Source of the DNA: a virus
Reading direction: 5' to 3' (one strand)
DNA length: 64,000 nt
IMG/VR virus record: IMGVR_UViG_3300020045_002743
Coordinates: 27,263 to 91,262 of that record
Below, one piece after another: positions 7,418 to 17,516 of the stretch. Position 1 is the first letter of the stretch. Each line of letters begins with the position of its first letter. The notes under the pieces were generated by a model, which had not been told where the DNA came from, did not search any database, and was given only the letters and a program-made list of their open reading frames with translations. A program made the position numbers and the translations under genes.

Positions 7418-7684
7418 GTGGCTAATACCATTCCTGATGTAACTGTAGTAGTAAATAATTATATTGACCTTTATGCAGCAGCGGGCATTACTGTTGGAAA
7501 ACCTTTATTGATCCAGAATAAAGGTACAAGCGCTGCGTATATACAAATTAAAGATTTTCAACCAGCAACATCCTCTGTTGATGGTGTATACCTGACATCC
7601 TATGCGTTCTGTGTTGTAGATGCCGGAGCTTCTGGATGCTGGGCTAAGGGGCAAGGTAAGCTCTCTGTACAGGAGATGAGCTAA
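7418..7684 (+). CDS. small virion/adaptor protein, paralogous to N-terminus of 9106 ORF
   Basis: GTG start; Y..LY.....TVGK.L.I.N ... W.KG.....VQE shared with 9106 ORF. Confidence 0.6.
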   Translation: MANTIPDVTVVVNNYIDLYAAAGITVGKPLLIQNKGTSAAYIQIKDFQPATSSVDGVYLTSYAFCVVDAGASGCWAKGQGKLSVQEMS

Positions 7685-9090
7685 TGCCTGTTCATCCATA
7701 TTTCCCAGGTGGTAATAGTGGCGCAGGAGATGGCGCTGTAACTTCTGTAAACGGTGAGCAGGGAGATGTGATTCTTACAGCCCAAGATTTACAAGCCCAA
7801 CCACAATCAACCGTACTGACAGATATTGCTGCCATAACAATGCCGGACAATAGCTTTCTTCACACAGACTCATCTGGCAATTTTACACCATCCCTATGTA
7901 TGCCAGCTGGAGTTGCTTGGTTAGGGTATACAACTGTAGATCAACAAAAGGCTCATCTTGCTTATGCAACAGTTGCTACTACAGGCAGCTACTCAGATCT
8001 AACAGATAAACCATCTATACCAACAGCTCAAGTTAATAGTGATTGGAATGCCACATCGGGTGTTTCGCAGGTATTAAACAAGCCAACCTTATTCTCTGGA
8101 TCATATGCTGACTTGACTGGTAAACCCGTTTTGTTCAGTGGAAACTATGCCGACTTATTTGGAAAGCCCGCCTTATTTGATGGTACTTATACAAGTCTTA
8201 CAGGCAAGCCAACAAGTTTTCCACCATCAGCACATACACATGCAATAAGCGATGTCACAGGCTTACAGACAGCTCTAGACAATAAGGTGGGCGTTGGTTC
8301 TAATATCCCGTACAGTGTTTTGACAGGAACGCCTGTAATTCCTGCTGCACAGATCCAGAGTGATTGGAACCAGACTAATACATCCGCCTTAGATTTTGTT
8401 AAGAACAAGCCAACCATTCCGTCTGTTAATTATCCGGTTACTTCGGTTAATACTAAGACTGGTGCGGTAATTCTTACCAACACTGATGTCGGGGCAGCAG
8501 CTACAGTCCACACACATTCAATTTCGGATGTGACCGGACTTCAAGCTAGTCTAGACAGCAAGGCCACAGCATCCTCCCTATCAGGGTATGTAACTACCTC
8601 ATCTTTGTCAACGACATTGACTGGGTATGCCACATCAAGTTCTCTTACATCTGGCTTGGCTGGCAAATATAATACACCTACAGGTACAACGACTCAGTAC
8701 GTACGTGGTGATGGTACACTAGCAACATTCCCTACGATTCCTACAGTACCAACTATTGTAAGCGATTTTACAAACGACAGTGGCTATCTCACAAGTGCCG
8801 TCTTGGCGGGTTATCGTAAAGTTGAAACATTCCTTGGTACAAGTGACGCAAGTGGTAATGTTACAATAACCTTTGCAAATACTTATACTACACCGCCTGA
8901 TGTACAGCCTCAAATAATTGGTGGTACTTTTAATCAATCTGTTAGGGTTGTATCAGTATCTACTACAGGGTGTGTCGTACAGGCTGCTCAGCGTAATCTT
9001 GTAACCCTTCTAAGTATAGAAGTATTGCTTGGTGCTACAGTTAACCTTGTCGGTGCTTCTGTTACAGTTCAGGTAACACCACGCTCATAA
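7684..9090 (+). CDS. tail-fibre-like protein
   Basis: VTSVN...G.V.L motifs, SY.DL..KP repeats, two HTH.ISDVTGLQ..LD.K repeats typical of phage fibres. Confidence 0.75.
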   Translation: MPVHPYFPGGNSGAGDGAVTSVNGEQGDVILTAQDLQAQPQSTVLTDIAAITMPDNSFLHTDSSGNFTPSLCMPAGVAWLGYTTVDQQKAHLAYATVATTGSYSDLTDKPSIPTAQVNSDWNATSGVSQVLNKPTLFSGSYADLTGKPVLFSGNYADLFGKPALFDGTYTSLTGKPTSFPPSAHTHAISDVTGLQTALDNKVGVGSNIPYSVLTGTPVIPAAQIQSDWNQTNTSALDFVKNKPTIPSVNYPVTSVNTKTGAVILTNTDVGAAATVHTHSISDVTGLQASLDSKATASSLSGYVTTSSLSTTLTGYATSSSLTSGLAGKYNTPTGTTTQYVRGDGTLATFPTIPTVPTIVSDFTNDSGYLTSAVLAGYRKVETFLGTSDASGNVTITFANTYTTPPDVQPQIIGGTFNQSVRVVSVSTTGCVVQAAQRNLVTLLSIEVLLGATVNLVGASVTVQVTPRS

Positions 9091-9105
9091 GCCCGGTAAA
9101 TAATA

Positions 9106-9927
9106 ATGATAAGAATTTCCCTGCCGCCCGGTCTTGACTACTATAATTTATATACTGTCTCATCTACAACAGTAGGCAAAAGCTTAGTAATAACTAATCA
9201 TCATACTATCCACATCTTTCTTGAAAGGTCTTTAAATAAACCATCACCAACAACTGAGACAGGTCTTCCACTAGCTCCTGGAGATTCCTGTGTTATATAT
9301 GGAGATGGGGTTACGCCGATATGGGTCAAGGGGAATTCAAGTCCTATAGTTGTGCAGGAACTAACCTCTATAATTGGTTCTAAATATGGGGTTGCTGATT
9401 TACCAAAAGATATTTACACATCATCAACAGAAAACTACAGAAGAATAAGGGTAGACACTGCTCAAACTTCTTTCTTTCAAGGAAGGCAGTTCAGAAGTTA
9501 TTATGATTTTGGTTTGACGGCCTCTGAAGTCAGATATTTTAGGTTCACATCTTTAACTGATTTTGTACTCTTCGATCAGTCTATATCTGTAAGCGGGGGA
9601 AGCATAAGACTTTCTGTGTGGACTGGATCAACCCCGGCAGGTACTTGGACTAATATTCCCGTCATTGGTAAGAATAGGATGTCTTCTATACCTCAACCAC
9701 CTTATATAAGCTCGGTAACATTCCAAACTGGTGGTACATTTACAGCAGGTACAGAGGTTGAGGCTATTAGACTAGTTTCCGCCACAGCAACTGCCCAACA
9801 GTCCACAGTAGGTGCAAGTTCGGGGGATGAAAGAGGATTACCAGCATCATCTTTTTATATAAAAATTGAGGCAACTTCCAGTACCCCGACAGTTGTTTAT
9901 AGCTTGTTTTGGGAAGAACGTCCTTAA
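9106..9927 (+). CDS. putative virion structural protein
   Basis: In fibre cassette; beta-rich; ends WEERP. Confidence 0.55.
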   Translation: MIRISLPPGLDYYNLYTVSSTTVGKSLVITNHHTIHIFLERSLNKPSPTTETGLPLAPGDSCVIYGDGVTPIWVKGNSSPIVVQELTSIIGSKYGVADLPKDIYTSSTENYRRIRVDTAQTSFFQGRQFRSYYDFGLTASEVRYFRFTSLTDFVLFDQSISVSGGSIRLSVWTGSTPAGTWTNIPVIGKNRMSSIPQPPYISSVTFQTGGTFTAGTEVEAIRLVSATATAQQSTVGASSGDERGLPASSFYIKIEATSSTPTVVYSLFWEERP

Positions 9928-9937
9928 TAGTTTTACA

Positions 9938-9963
9938 AAGCTGTCTTGAAATATAGACAGCTT
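9938..9963 (+). terminator. hairpin with TGAAATAT loop
   Basis: AAGCTGTCT-TGAAATAT-AGACAGCTT. Confidence 0.5.
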
Positions 9964-10069
9964 CAATAAAATTATTGAAAATAGTTAAAATAAATTAGAC
10001 AAATACTTGACAAATAGCATGGCTATCATGTAATATCTCTTTTATGAATTGAACACATTGGAGAGAATT

Positions 10070-10414
10070 ATGAATAAATATGAAATCTTTATCACCGGTG
10101 GTGATATTATGGGTTATGACTTTATTAACAAGATTGTAAAGTACGCTAATATGGGCGCCACAATTAGTGATGAAGAAATCCCACGAGTAAAGAACTTCCC
10201 ACAAACTGTTCGGATGTTTATCCAGACAGAAGAAACTCTGAAAGAAGAGCCTGGCGTACGTTTAGCAGCTTATCGTGAGATTGAACATTTCACCAAAGAA
10301 GAGCTAGATTCTATGGAATGGGACACTTTACGGGCACACGCTAAGAAGGCCGGGATTACAGGCCGGGATAGGCAGAAACTTGTGAAAGAGTATCTTGAAG
10401 AGATGGAAAAGTAA
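10070..10414 (+). CDS. hypothetical protein with C-terminal HeH/Rho-N-like helical motif
   Basis: GGAGAG RBS before ATG 10070; FTKEELDSMEWDTLRAHAKKAGI. Confidence 0.55.
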   Translation: MNKYEIFITGGDIMGYDFINKIVKYANMGATISDEEIPRVKNFPQTVRMFIQTEETLKEEPGVRLAAYREIEHFTKEELDSMEWDTLRAHAKKAGITGRDRQKLVKEYLEEMEK

Positions 10415-10511
10415 CAGAACAAAATGAGAGCGAACGGGATTGCAAGCCCTGATGATTGCCGATACAATCGTCTAGTTCTCACCTAATTAAATCTTATCGG
10501 AGATATAAAGT

Positions 10512-11552
10512 TTGAATTATCAGAAAATATATCATGCTCTTGTAGAGAAAGCTAAAGTTCGCGGCCTTGATAAAACTCAACACGCTGGTTACTTTGAAAT
10601 TCACCACATTCTGCCTGTTAGTTTGGGCGGTGGTAATGAAAAAGAAAATCTGGTGATGTTTACTGGACGTGAACACTTCATTGCGCACATGTTGTTGTGG
10701 AAAGCATATCCTGAAGATGTAAGTCTCCAACGAGCAGCTTGGATGATGAGCGCCCGTAATGTATGCAAAGTTAACTCTAAGCTATATTCTGCCATTCAAC
10801 AAGTAAAGAGAAAAGAAGCTTCTGAGCAAATGAAAGGTCGTTACTTTAAAGATCTTACTGGAAATCGTTATGATCGTCTGGTTGTAGTTAATCAAGGGGA
10901 ACATTACTATACTCCCGGCGGGCTGCAATATACTCGTTGGAATTGTATATGTGATTGTGGAAATGAGACTTTAGTCCATGCAAGCTCCCTCACTAGTGGA
11001 ACTACGAGAAGTTGTGGTTGCTATGCTAAAGAGCTTAGTAAGAAAGCAAAAGGGAATCTGGAAAATATATTGCCGACACAATTTAAATCTGGTGAACATC
11101 ACATCAATTTCGGTAAAAAGATGCCCAAAGAATTTGGAGAAGCAATTTCTCGCGGTAGAAAAGGCGTAAAATATTCGGAGAAAGCTTTAGAAAATTATAG
11201 GCTTTCCGGTATTGCACGTCGCGGCGAAAATAGTAGCTTATATGGTAAGCCTCGTTCTCCCGAAGTTATAAAAAAGATTTCAGATGCAAATAAAGCTTTA
11301 AACTTAAAGCCTTGGGAAGTGTCAGTTAATATTAAAGGTTTGGGTAGAGATAGGTGGTTATTGGCTGATTACTACTATGATTTGTGGATATTCTTCGATA
11401 AACCGGCAACCAAGAAGTTTGCTAAGTGTTTTAATGAAATTCACAACGATGACACTAAGTATAGTGTCTATGTAACCATGATCAATAAATTTATTAATGG
11501 TTGGATTCCTTTAGAAGATGAGGAATGGGTAAAATTTTCTAAGGATTGTTAA
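10512..11552 (+). CDS. HNH homing endonuclease (NUMOD3-type repeats, CxCDCG module)
   Basis: EIHHILP..GG..N.V....EHFIAH; CICDCG...SCGC; stop overlaps terL start. Confidence 0.85.
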   Translation: MNYQKIYHALVEKAKVRGLDKTQHAGYFEIHHILPVSLGGGNEKENLVMFTGREHFIAHMLLWKAYPEDVSLQRAAWMMSARNVCKVNSKLYSAIQQVKRKEASEQMKGRYFKDLTGNRYDRLVVVNQGEHYYTPGGLQYTRWNCICDCGNETLVHASSLTSGTTRSCGCYAKELSKKAKGNLENILPTQFKSGEHHINFGKKMPKEFGEAISRGRKGVKYSEKALENYRLSGIARRGENSSLYGKPRSPEVIKKISDANKALNLKPWEVSVNIKGLGRDRWLLADYYYDLWIFFDKPATKKFAKCFNEIHNDDTKYSVYVTMINKFINGWIPLEDEEWVKFSKDC

Positions 11553-13060
11553 TGAATGAAGAACAAGTAGTGATTGGACCTCAGTCAAAATTCCAAGCTG
11601 ACTATTTAAACAGCTCATCTAGGATTTTGGTGGCGGGGGGAAGCGCCGGCTCATCGAAGAGCCACGTGGGATTAATGAGACATTTACGTTGGATGGACGA
11701 CCCTCTTTACAGAGGGTTTTGCATTCGTAAAAACTCCACTGCAATTATGAAGAGCGGTGGTTTGTTTGACGCAGCAGTACATCTATACTCCCAAGTAGAT
11801 GATATCAAGATTAAGTTGAAAGATCAGCGTATTGTTTTTGGATCAGGAGCCTCTGTTTCCTTTTCTCACTATGAGAACGACACTGCGGGTCAGCTCTATC
11901 ATGGCCTTGAACTCTCAAATGTGTTTTATGATGAATGTACACACGCTGATGAAAAGCATATTTGGTGGTTGATATCACGACTTCGTACAAAAGCTAATCT
12001 TGACCCTTCAATCTGGCTAAGTTGTAACCCTGACCCAGATTCGTTTTTATATAACTGGGTTAAATGGTGGCTTTATGACGATGAGCACCCCAACGCAGGT
12101 CTCCCAGATCCAGCAAAGAACGGGAAGGTTCGTTGGATTCTTCGTCGAGAAGGGTTGATGTTTTGGGGAGATTCAAGAGAAGAAATGATTGTCCGTTACG
12201 GTAATCCTGATCTTCCTATTGACCACCCAAAGCAAGTTAAACCCCTAAGTTTTCAGGTTATTCTTGGGACAATCTACGATAACCCGTGGTTGATCGAAAA
12301 TCAACCCGAATATCTCGCTTCTCTTGAAGCAATGCCAGATATCGAGCGCCGCCGCCTGCTGTTAGGTGACTGGAATGCAAGAGAACAGAATTCTACGCAC
12401 TTTCTACGCAGCTGGTGTACCGAGGCTACTGAAGAACCGCCCAAGTCTGAAATTGTTAAGACGGTTCGCAGTTATGATCTTGCTTCCACGCTTAAATCTG
12501 ACGCAAATAATTCGCCAGACTATACTGCAACTTGTAAAGTCTCTAAGCTTAAAAATGGAAGTTACTTCATACATGATGTGCAGCGTACACGCATTCGTTT
12601 TGGAGATTGGAAAGATTTCATTCTGAATAATGCCAGATCAGACGGCTATGATGTTGATGTGATTTTACCTTTGGACCCTGGTGCTGCTGCAAAAGCTTCT
12701 ACTGGTATTCTTACAAGGGAGATTTCTGAGGCTGGGTTTAGGGTAAGAACACTTTCAACGACGAAGAGCAAGCTTGATAGATTTCGTCCAGTAAGTTCAT
12801 TGGCACAGAATGGTCATGTAGTATTCTTGAAAAACTGCGGCACAGACCACGAGAACAAAATACAGAATGATTTGAACTTTGTTTATCGTGAGCTGGAGGC
12901 ATTTACCGGGCAAAGGAAATCTGGTGAATCAGGCCACGATGATGTTGTCGATTCTTTAGCTGATTGTGTGGCAATTCTAGCTCAGTCCATCAATATTCCA
13001 AACTTCACTGCTGGTCTTCTGTCAGCAAACCTAACAAGACCTAACCTTTTTAACCAATAG
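11552..13060 (+). CDS. terL: terminase large subunit
   Basis: Walker A GGSAGSSKS, Walker B FYDE, SCNP coupling motif, nuclease SYDLA and HDDVVD. Confidence 0.95.
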   Translation: MNEEQVVIGPQSKFQADYLNSSSRILVAGGSAGSSKSHVGLMRHLRWMDDPLYRGFCIRKNSTAIMKSGGLFDAAVHLYSQVDDIKIKLKDQRIVFGSGASVSFSHYENDTAGQLYHGLELSNVFYDECTHADEKHIWWLISRLRTKANLDPSIWLSCNPDPDSFLYNWVKWWLYDDEHPNAGLPDPAKNGKVRWILRREGLMFWGDSREEMIVRYGNPDLPIDHPKQVKPLSFQVILGTIYDNPWLIENQPEYLASLEAMPDIERRRLLLGDWNAREQNSTHFLRSWCTEATEEPPKSEIVKTVRSYDLASTLKSDANNSPDYTATCKVSKLKNGSYFIHDVQRTRIRFGDWKDFILNNARSDGYDVDVILPLDPGAAAKASTGILTREISEAGFRVRTLSTTKSKLDRFRPVSSLAQNGHVVFLKNCGTDHENKIQNDLNFVYRELEAFTGQRKSGESGHDDVVDSLADCVAILAQSINIPNFTAGLLSANLTRPNLFNQ

Positions 13061-13068
13061 GAGAGACA

Positions 13069-14562
13069 ATGGTAGATACAACAGACGTCTCCCTTGAAGC
13101 TGGAGATAATGAAGCTCCAGCTTTGACTATGGGAGAGATGGGTAGTCCTGGCCTACTAACTTTAGGCGGACAGGTGATTGAGGAGTGTAGCCTAGAACTT
13201 CGCTGGCCTGAAGCAATTAATACCTATAAGCGTATGGCAAAAGATGGGGCCATTGCCCCAGCTCTTGAGCTTGTAGAGATGATGATAGCAAGGGTTCCGT
13301 GGACTGTCAAGATTCCTGAAGGATATGAGGATCAACTTAAAGATAAAGCTAATTTTGTTCGGCAGTGCATCGGAGATATGGAGCACGACTTTCAGAGCTT
13401 TATTAAACAAGCAGTGAGCTTTAATCGATATGGCTTCGCCGTGACCGAAAAAGTTTACAGGTTTAGGAATAAAGACAAAGGAAGTAAGTACGATGATGGT
13501 TTGATAGGAATTAAAAAACTTCCTATTAGAGCACAAGATACTGTCGAAGGATGGTATTGGACTAACAAAGGCAGAGATATTGGCGGTTTTTACCAGAGAG
13601 TTTGTAATCCCGGTAACTCTTCCTACATGGGTTGGGATTTTGTACAAACAGCAGATAACGAAACGACCTTAAAGAAAATTCCCCGTAAAAAGTTTTTGCT
13701 TTTTAGAAACAACCCTTTGAAAAATAGTCCTGTGGGAACTTCTCCGCTAAATGGTGCTTGGCAAGCTTGGAAGTACAAACAAGCCTATCAGGAAAGTGAA
13801 GCGATTGCAGTTGCCCAAGACTCTAATGGCTTTAAAGTTTTATATATTCCACCAGAATATATGACAACTGATGCTAGTGAAGATAAGAAAGCAGCTTTTG
13901 AAGAATACAAAAAAATATTGGCTAATATGCATCAAGCTAAACAATCTGGGGTAATCCTCCCACTGGTTCTCGATTCTGCCGGTAAAAAGATGTTTGAGCT
14001 AACTTTTGAGTCTATTACCGGTCAAAAGTCTTACGACACTAACGCAATCATCAACAGGTATACTTCAGAAATTTTGACTGCCCTTTTTGCAGACTTCTTG
14101 TCTCTGGGTAGCAATGGTAGCGGTAGCTTCTCTTTAGCAGAATCAAAGATAAGCGTGGTGGAGATGGCAATCCAATCTAAATTAGATGAAATCAAAGCCC
14201 AACTTAATCATGACCTTATTAAACAATTGTTTGAATTGAATGGCTGGGAAACTGACGTTCTTCCTTACTTGGACTACGGTTCTGTAAGTTCAGAATCTCT
14301 TGATGAGCTTGGTAAATTCATTCAACGAGTATCTGCAACTGGCAACCTACCAAAAGTGCCTGAAGTTATAAACTGGATTATGGCACAAGCAGATATACCT
14401 TACCGTGTTGATCTTGATCTTTCAACAGAAGACCTTACAAAGATTTTATCTCCAGACACATCCGCCAGCGGAAGTGGACTTGAAAATGGTCTTCCATCCG
14501 GAACAGGTAATGCAGACGGTAGCTCGGGTGACTCTTCAACTTCTAATAACGAAAACACATAG
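13069..14562 (+). CDS. portal protein
   Basis: Directly after terL; GFAVTEKVY and P.G.SPL motifs; 497 aa. Confidence 0.88.
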   Translation: MVDTTDVSLEAGDNEAPALTMGEMGSPGLLTLGGQVIEECSLELRWPEAINTYKRMAKDGAIAPALELVEMMIARVPWTVKIPEGYEDQLKDKANFVRQCIGDMEHDFQSFIKQAVSFNRYGFAVTEKVYRFRNKDKGSKYDDGLIGIKKLPIRAQDTVEGWYWTNKGRDIGGFYQRVCNPGNSSYMGWDFVQTADNETTLKKIPRKKFLLFRNNPLKNSPVGTSPLNGAWQAWKYKQAYQESEAIAVAQDSNGFKVLYIPPEYMTTDASEDKKAAFEEYKKILANMHQAKQSGVILPLVLDSAGKKMFELTFESITGQKSYDTNAIINRYTSEILTALFADFLSLGSNGSGSFSLAESKISVVEMAIQSKLDEIKAQLNHDLIKQLFELNGWETDVLPYLDYGSVSSESLDELGKFIQRVSATGNLPKVPEVINWIMAQADIPYRVDLDLSTEDLTKILSPDTSASGSGLENGLPSGTGNADGSSGDSSTSNNENT

Positions 14563-14573
14563 GGAGTCCATTA

Positions 14574-15929
14574 ATGGCTCATGAACTCGTTAGACTTAGG
14601 TCTAAATTGTTCGACACTCCTTTGCTAGTGGACTCTAAAAGTTTTGAATCTATTCTTAACTATGTAGATAAACGTTGTGAAGGTAATGTTGAAGTAACTC
14701 CAAAAGCTGACAATGAATTTTCAATGTACAGCACACTGCATTACCAAGAAAGTAATTTAGGTGTTATCCACATCTCAGGGCCACTGACCAACAAGTCTAC
14801 TGGGTGGGAAGCGTTCTGTGGTGGCACTTCTTACGAGAGTATCAAAGAAGACTTCGAAGCTCTACTAGAGGCAGGCACTAAGACTGTAGCCTTTATGGTT
14901 GAGTCTGGCGGCGGTGAAGCGTATGGAATGATGGATACTGGCAATTATCTGCGTAAATTAGCAGATGAAAACGGTGTAAAGATCATCTCCTATGTAGATG
15001 GACTATCAGCATCTGCTGCTTACGGCCTCACTGCCATCTCCGATGAAATCATCACTAACAAGAACTCTGAAATTGGTTCTATTGGTGTTTTGATTCGTTT
15101 GATGAATGATTCTAAAGCTCTTGAAATGGAAGGTTACGAACGTAGCTTTATTTCAGCGGGTACTCAGAAGATTCCATTTGCAGAAGATGGATCTTTCCGT
15201 AAAGAATTCTTGGATGATCTTCAATACAAAGTAGATGCTCTCTACAAAGATTTTACTGAATATGTTGCCGAACATCGGAACTTGTCAGTAGAAGCAGTTA
15301 GGAATACTCAGGCAAACACCTTCCTTGCAGAAGATGCAATTGCTTTGGGCCTAGCTGATAAGGTAATGACGCAAGAAGATTTTTATTCTTACCTATCGGG
15401 CCAAGCCCAAAATAACAAAGAAGGAAGTTCGATGAGTAATCGTATCTTTAAGTTTAGTAAAACCAATAATGAGGAAACTCTAGAAATGTCTCAACTTGCT
15501 CAATTGCAAGAACAGCTCACTGCTGCTAATGCACAACTCTCAGAGTTCACTTCTGTAAAAGAAGCTTTGGCCTCTGTTCAAAGCGTACTTGGTGAAAAAG
15601 AAGCAGCTCTTGCTGAAGCTTTGGGTAAAGTTGCCCAACTTGAACAAGTTGCTGTAACTACTAAGCTTAACGCTCGTAAAGAAAAATTGGCTGCTGTAAT
15701 GGCATCCGATAAAGTGGACAGCGTATCTGCTGCCTTGGCTTCTCTTGATGATGAAGCTTTCTCCGTTGTTCTGGCAGGTTACGGCCTACAGAAGCAACAA
15801 CTTGAAGCTAGCGACCTGATGAATGAAATCGGTGACCAAGGCTCCGAAGTTGAAACCCCAACCCAAGCCTCTGGTGATGACCTCACTCTGAAAATGGCCC
15901 AAGCTAAATATAAAAAGGAAGGTAAATAA
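14574..15929 (+). CDS. prohead protease (S49 family) with C-terminal scaffold
   Basis: SGGGE, SASAAY, GSIGV motifs; coiled-coil C-terminal third. Confidence 0.9.
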   Translation: MAHELVRLRSKLFDTPLLVDSKSFESILNYVDKRCEGNVEVTPKADNEFSMYSTLHYQESNLGVIHISGPLTNKSTGWEAFCGGTSYESIKEDFEALLEAGTKTVAFMVESGGGEAYGMMDTGNYLRKLADENGVKIISYVDGLSASAAYGLTAISDEIITNKNSEIGSIGVLIRLMNDSKALEMEGYERSFISAGTQKIPFAEDGSFRKEFLDDLQYKVDALYKDFTEYVAEHRNLSVEAVRNTQANTFLAEDAIALGLADKVMTQEDFYSYLSGQAQNNKEGSSMSNRIFKFSKTNNEETLEMSQLAQLQEQLTAANAQLSEFTSVKEALASVQSVLGEKEAALAEALGKVAQLEQVAVTTKLNARKEKLAAVMASDKVDSVSAALASLDDEAFSVVLAGYGLQKQQLEASDLMNEIGDQGSEVETPTQASGDDLTLKMAQAKYKKEGK

Positions 15930-16372
15930 TGCCTGTAGTAGCGCGTCCTCTTGAACCACTCTTCTCTGATCTTGTCTTTCACGAACTGGACCCTTCTGTA
16001 GGTTACGCTCGTGAGTGCATCAACGTCACTCCTCCAGCTGCCTCTGCTCCAGTTCTGCTTGGTACTGTTGTATTCCGTGCTGCTGGTGTTGACCCAGCTG
16101 CTGCATACGCTGTTCTGGTTAACGCCTCGGATATCGTTGCAACCAATGAATTCGCTGTTGTGTTTGGCGATGCTTTTGGTTTTAATGCAAGTTATGTACC
16201 TAATACTGTAACTGCCGGCGTATTTAACTCCGTAGCCTTCAAACGTGGTCCAGTACAACTGAAAGACTACTATATCAAACTCCGCCATGCAAACCTTAAC
16301 GCCACCCAGTTCGCCAGCCTGAAAGAAGTGCTGAAGAAACAAGGCGTAATTGTTGAACTGACCGTAGCTTAA
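15929..16372 (+). CDS. head decoration protein
   Basis: Between protease and MCP, 147 aa. Confidence 0.75.
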   Translation: MPVVARPLEPLFSDLVFHELDPSVGYARECINVTPPAASAPVLLGTVVFRAAGVDPAAAYAVLVNASDIVATNEFAVVFGDAFGFNASYVPNTVTAGVFNSVAFKRGPVQLKDYYIKLRHANLNATQFASLKEVLKKQGVIVELTVA

Positions 16373-16386
16373 GGAATAATAATTAA

Positions 16387-17463
16387 ATGGCAATTGTATT
16401 TGATCGCAGTAATCTTAACCGCGTAGTAGATCGTACCGATGTACTTGAAGTCATCCCCAACCAATGGGGTTTGATCAATGACATGGGTATCTTCACTGAT
16501 CGCTATTCTACTCAGAAGCGTATTGAAATCGTTCGTGAGTTCGACCAACAGTCTATCGCTGTTGACCGTAACTGGGATGAGCGTAACAGCACTGTTGGTC
16601 CTCTGACTCGTGACAGCCTGTTGCTGAAAATCCCTCACTTCCCGATGGATGATGCTATTACCCCTAACGACATTGACGGCATCATTGCTGTTGACAACGT
16701 TAGCGATGCTATCAACCTTGAGACTGTTGCTGGTATTCGTATGCGCAAGATGGAGCGTCTGCGTAAGACTCACGCCCTGACTCTAGAAGCTGCTCGTGCT
16801 CAACTGATCACCACTGGTACTGTGTATGCACCCACTGGCACCCTGCGTGCTGGTGCTGTAGCTACTACCAACTACTATACTGAGTTTGGTGTTACTCGTA
16901 CTGAGCTGCCAATCACCTTGGTTGGTGCTACTGACCCACGCACACAATTTGAGAACGTTCTTGCTGGTATTCAAGACGGTTATCAGTCTGGTCAAATCAT
17001 GACTGGTTACATGGTTCTTTGTTCCCCTAGCTTCTTCTCAGCTCTGTGGACCAACCCGTTTGTAACTGATGCTGTTAAATACTTCCAACAGTCTCAGTCA
17101 TTGTCCATTCTGACTGGTCGCCCTCAAGCAGCTGGCCTGGATGCTCGTTATCGTTCCCTGACTCTTTGGGGCATGACTTTCGTTGAGTACCGTGGTGGTT
17201 ATCGCATCGGTGGTCAGGCAGGCACCTTTGTACCTTACATCCCGGCTGGCGATGCTTATGCATTCCCAATGGGTACTGACGATCTGTTCGAAACCTACTA
17301 CGCTCCGGCTAACCGTTTTGGTTCGGTAAACCGTACTGCCCAAGGCAGCTACTGGTTCGAATACCTGAATGAGAAAGATGACATCATCGAAATCATGACT
17401 GAACAGAACTTCTTGAACGCCCTGCTGCACCCACAAGCTGTTGTACGTCTGTACCTCGCTTAA
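16387..17463 (+). CDS. major capsid protein (lambda gpE-like family)
   Basis: IPHFP.DD.I.P.DI.G motif; strong codon bias; position. Confidence 0.92.
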   Translation: MAIVFDRSNLNRVVDRTDVLEVIPNQWGLINDMGIFTDRYSTQKRIEIVREFDQQSIAVDRNWDERNSTVGPLTRDSLLLKIPHFPMDDAITPNDIDGIIAVDNVSDAINLETVAGIRMRKMERLRKTHALTLEAARAQLITTGTVYAPTGTLRAGAVATTNYYTEFGVTRTELPITLVGATDPRTQFENVLAGIQDGYQSGQIMTGYMVLCSPSFFSALWTNPFVTDAVKYFQQSQSLSILTGRPQAAGLDARYRSLTLWGMTFVEYRGGYRIGGQAGTFVPYIPAGDAYAFPMGTDDLFETYYAPANRFGSVNRTAQGSYWFEYLNEKDDIIEIMTEQNFLNALLHPQAVVRLYLA

Positions 17464-17472
17464 GTAGCTTAT

Positions 17473-17502
17473 AAGGGACTTGAAATATAGTCCCTTTATT
17501 TT
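17473..17502 (+). terminator. intrinsic terminator after MCP
   Basis: AAGGGACT-TGAAATAT-AGTCCCTT followed by TATTTT. Confidence 0.7.
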
Positions 17503-17516
17503 CGGAGAATAATAGT

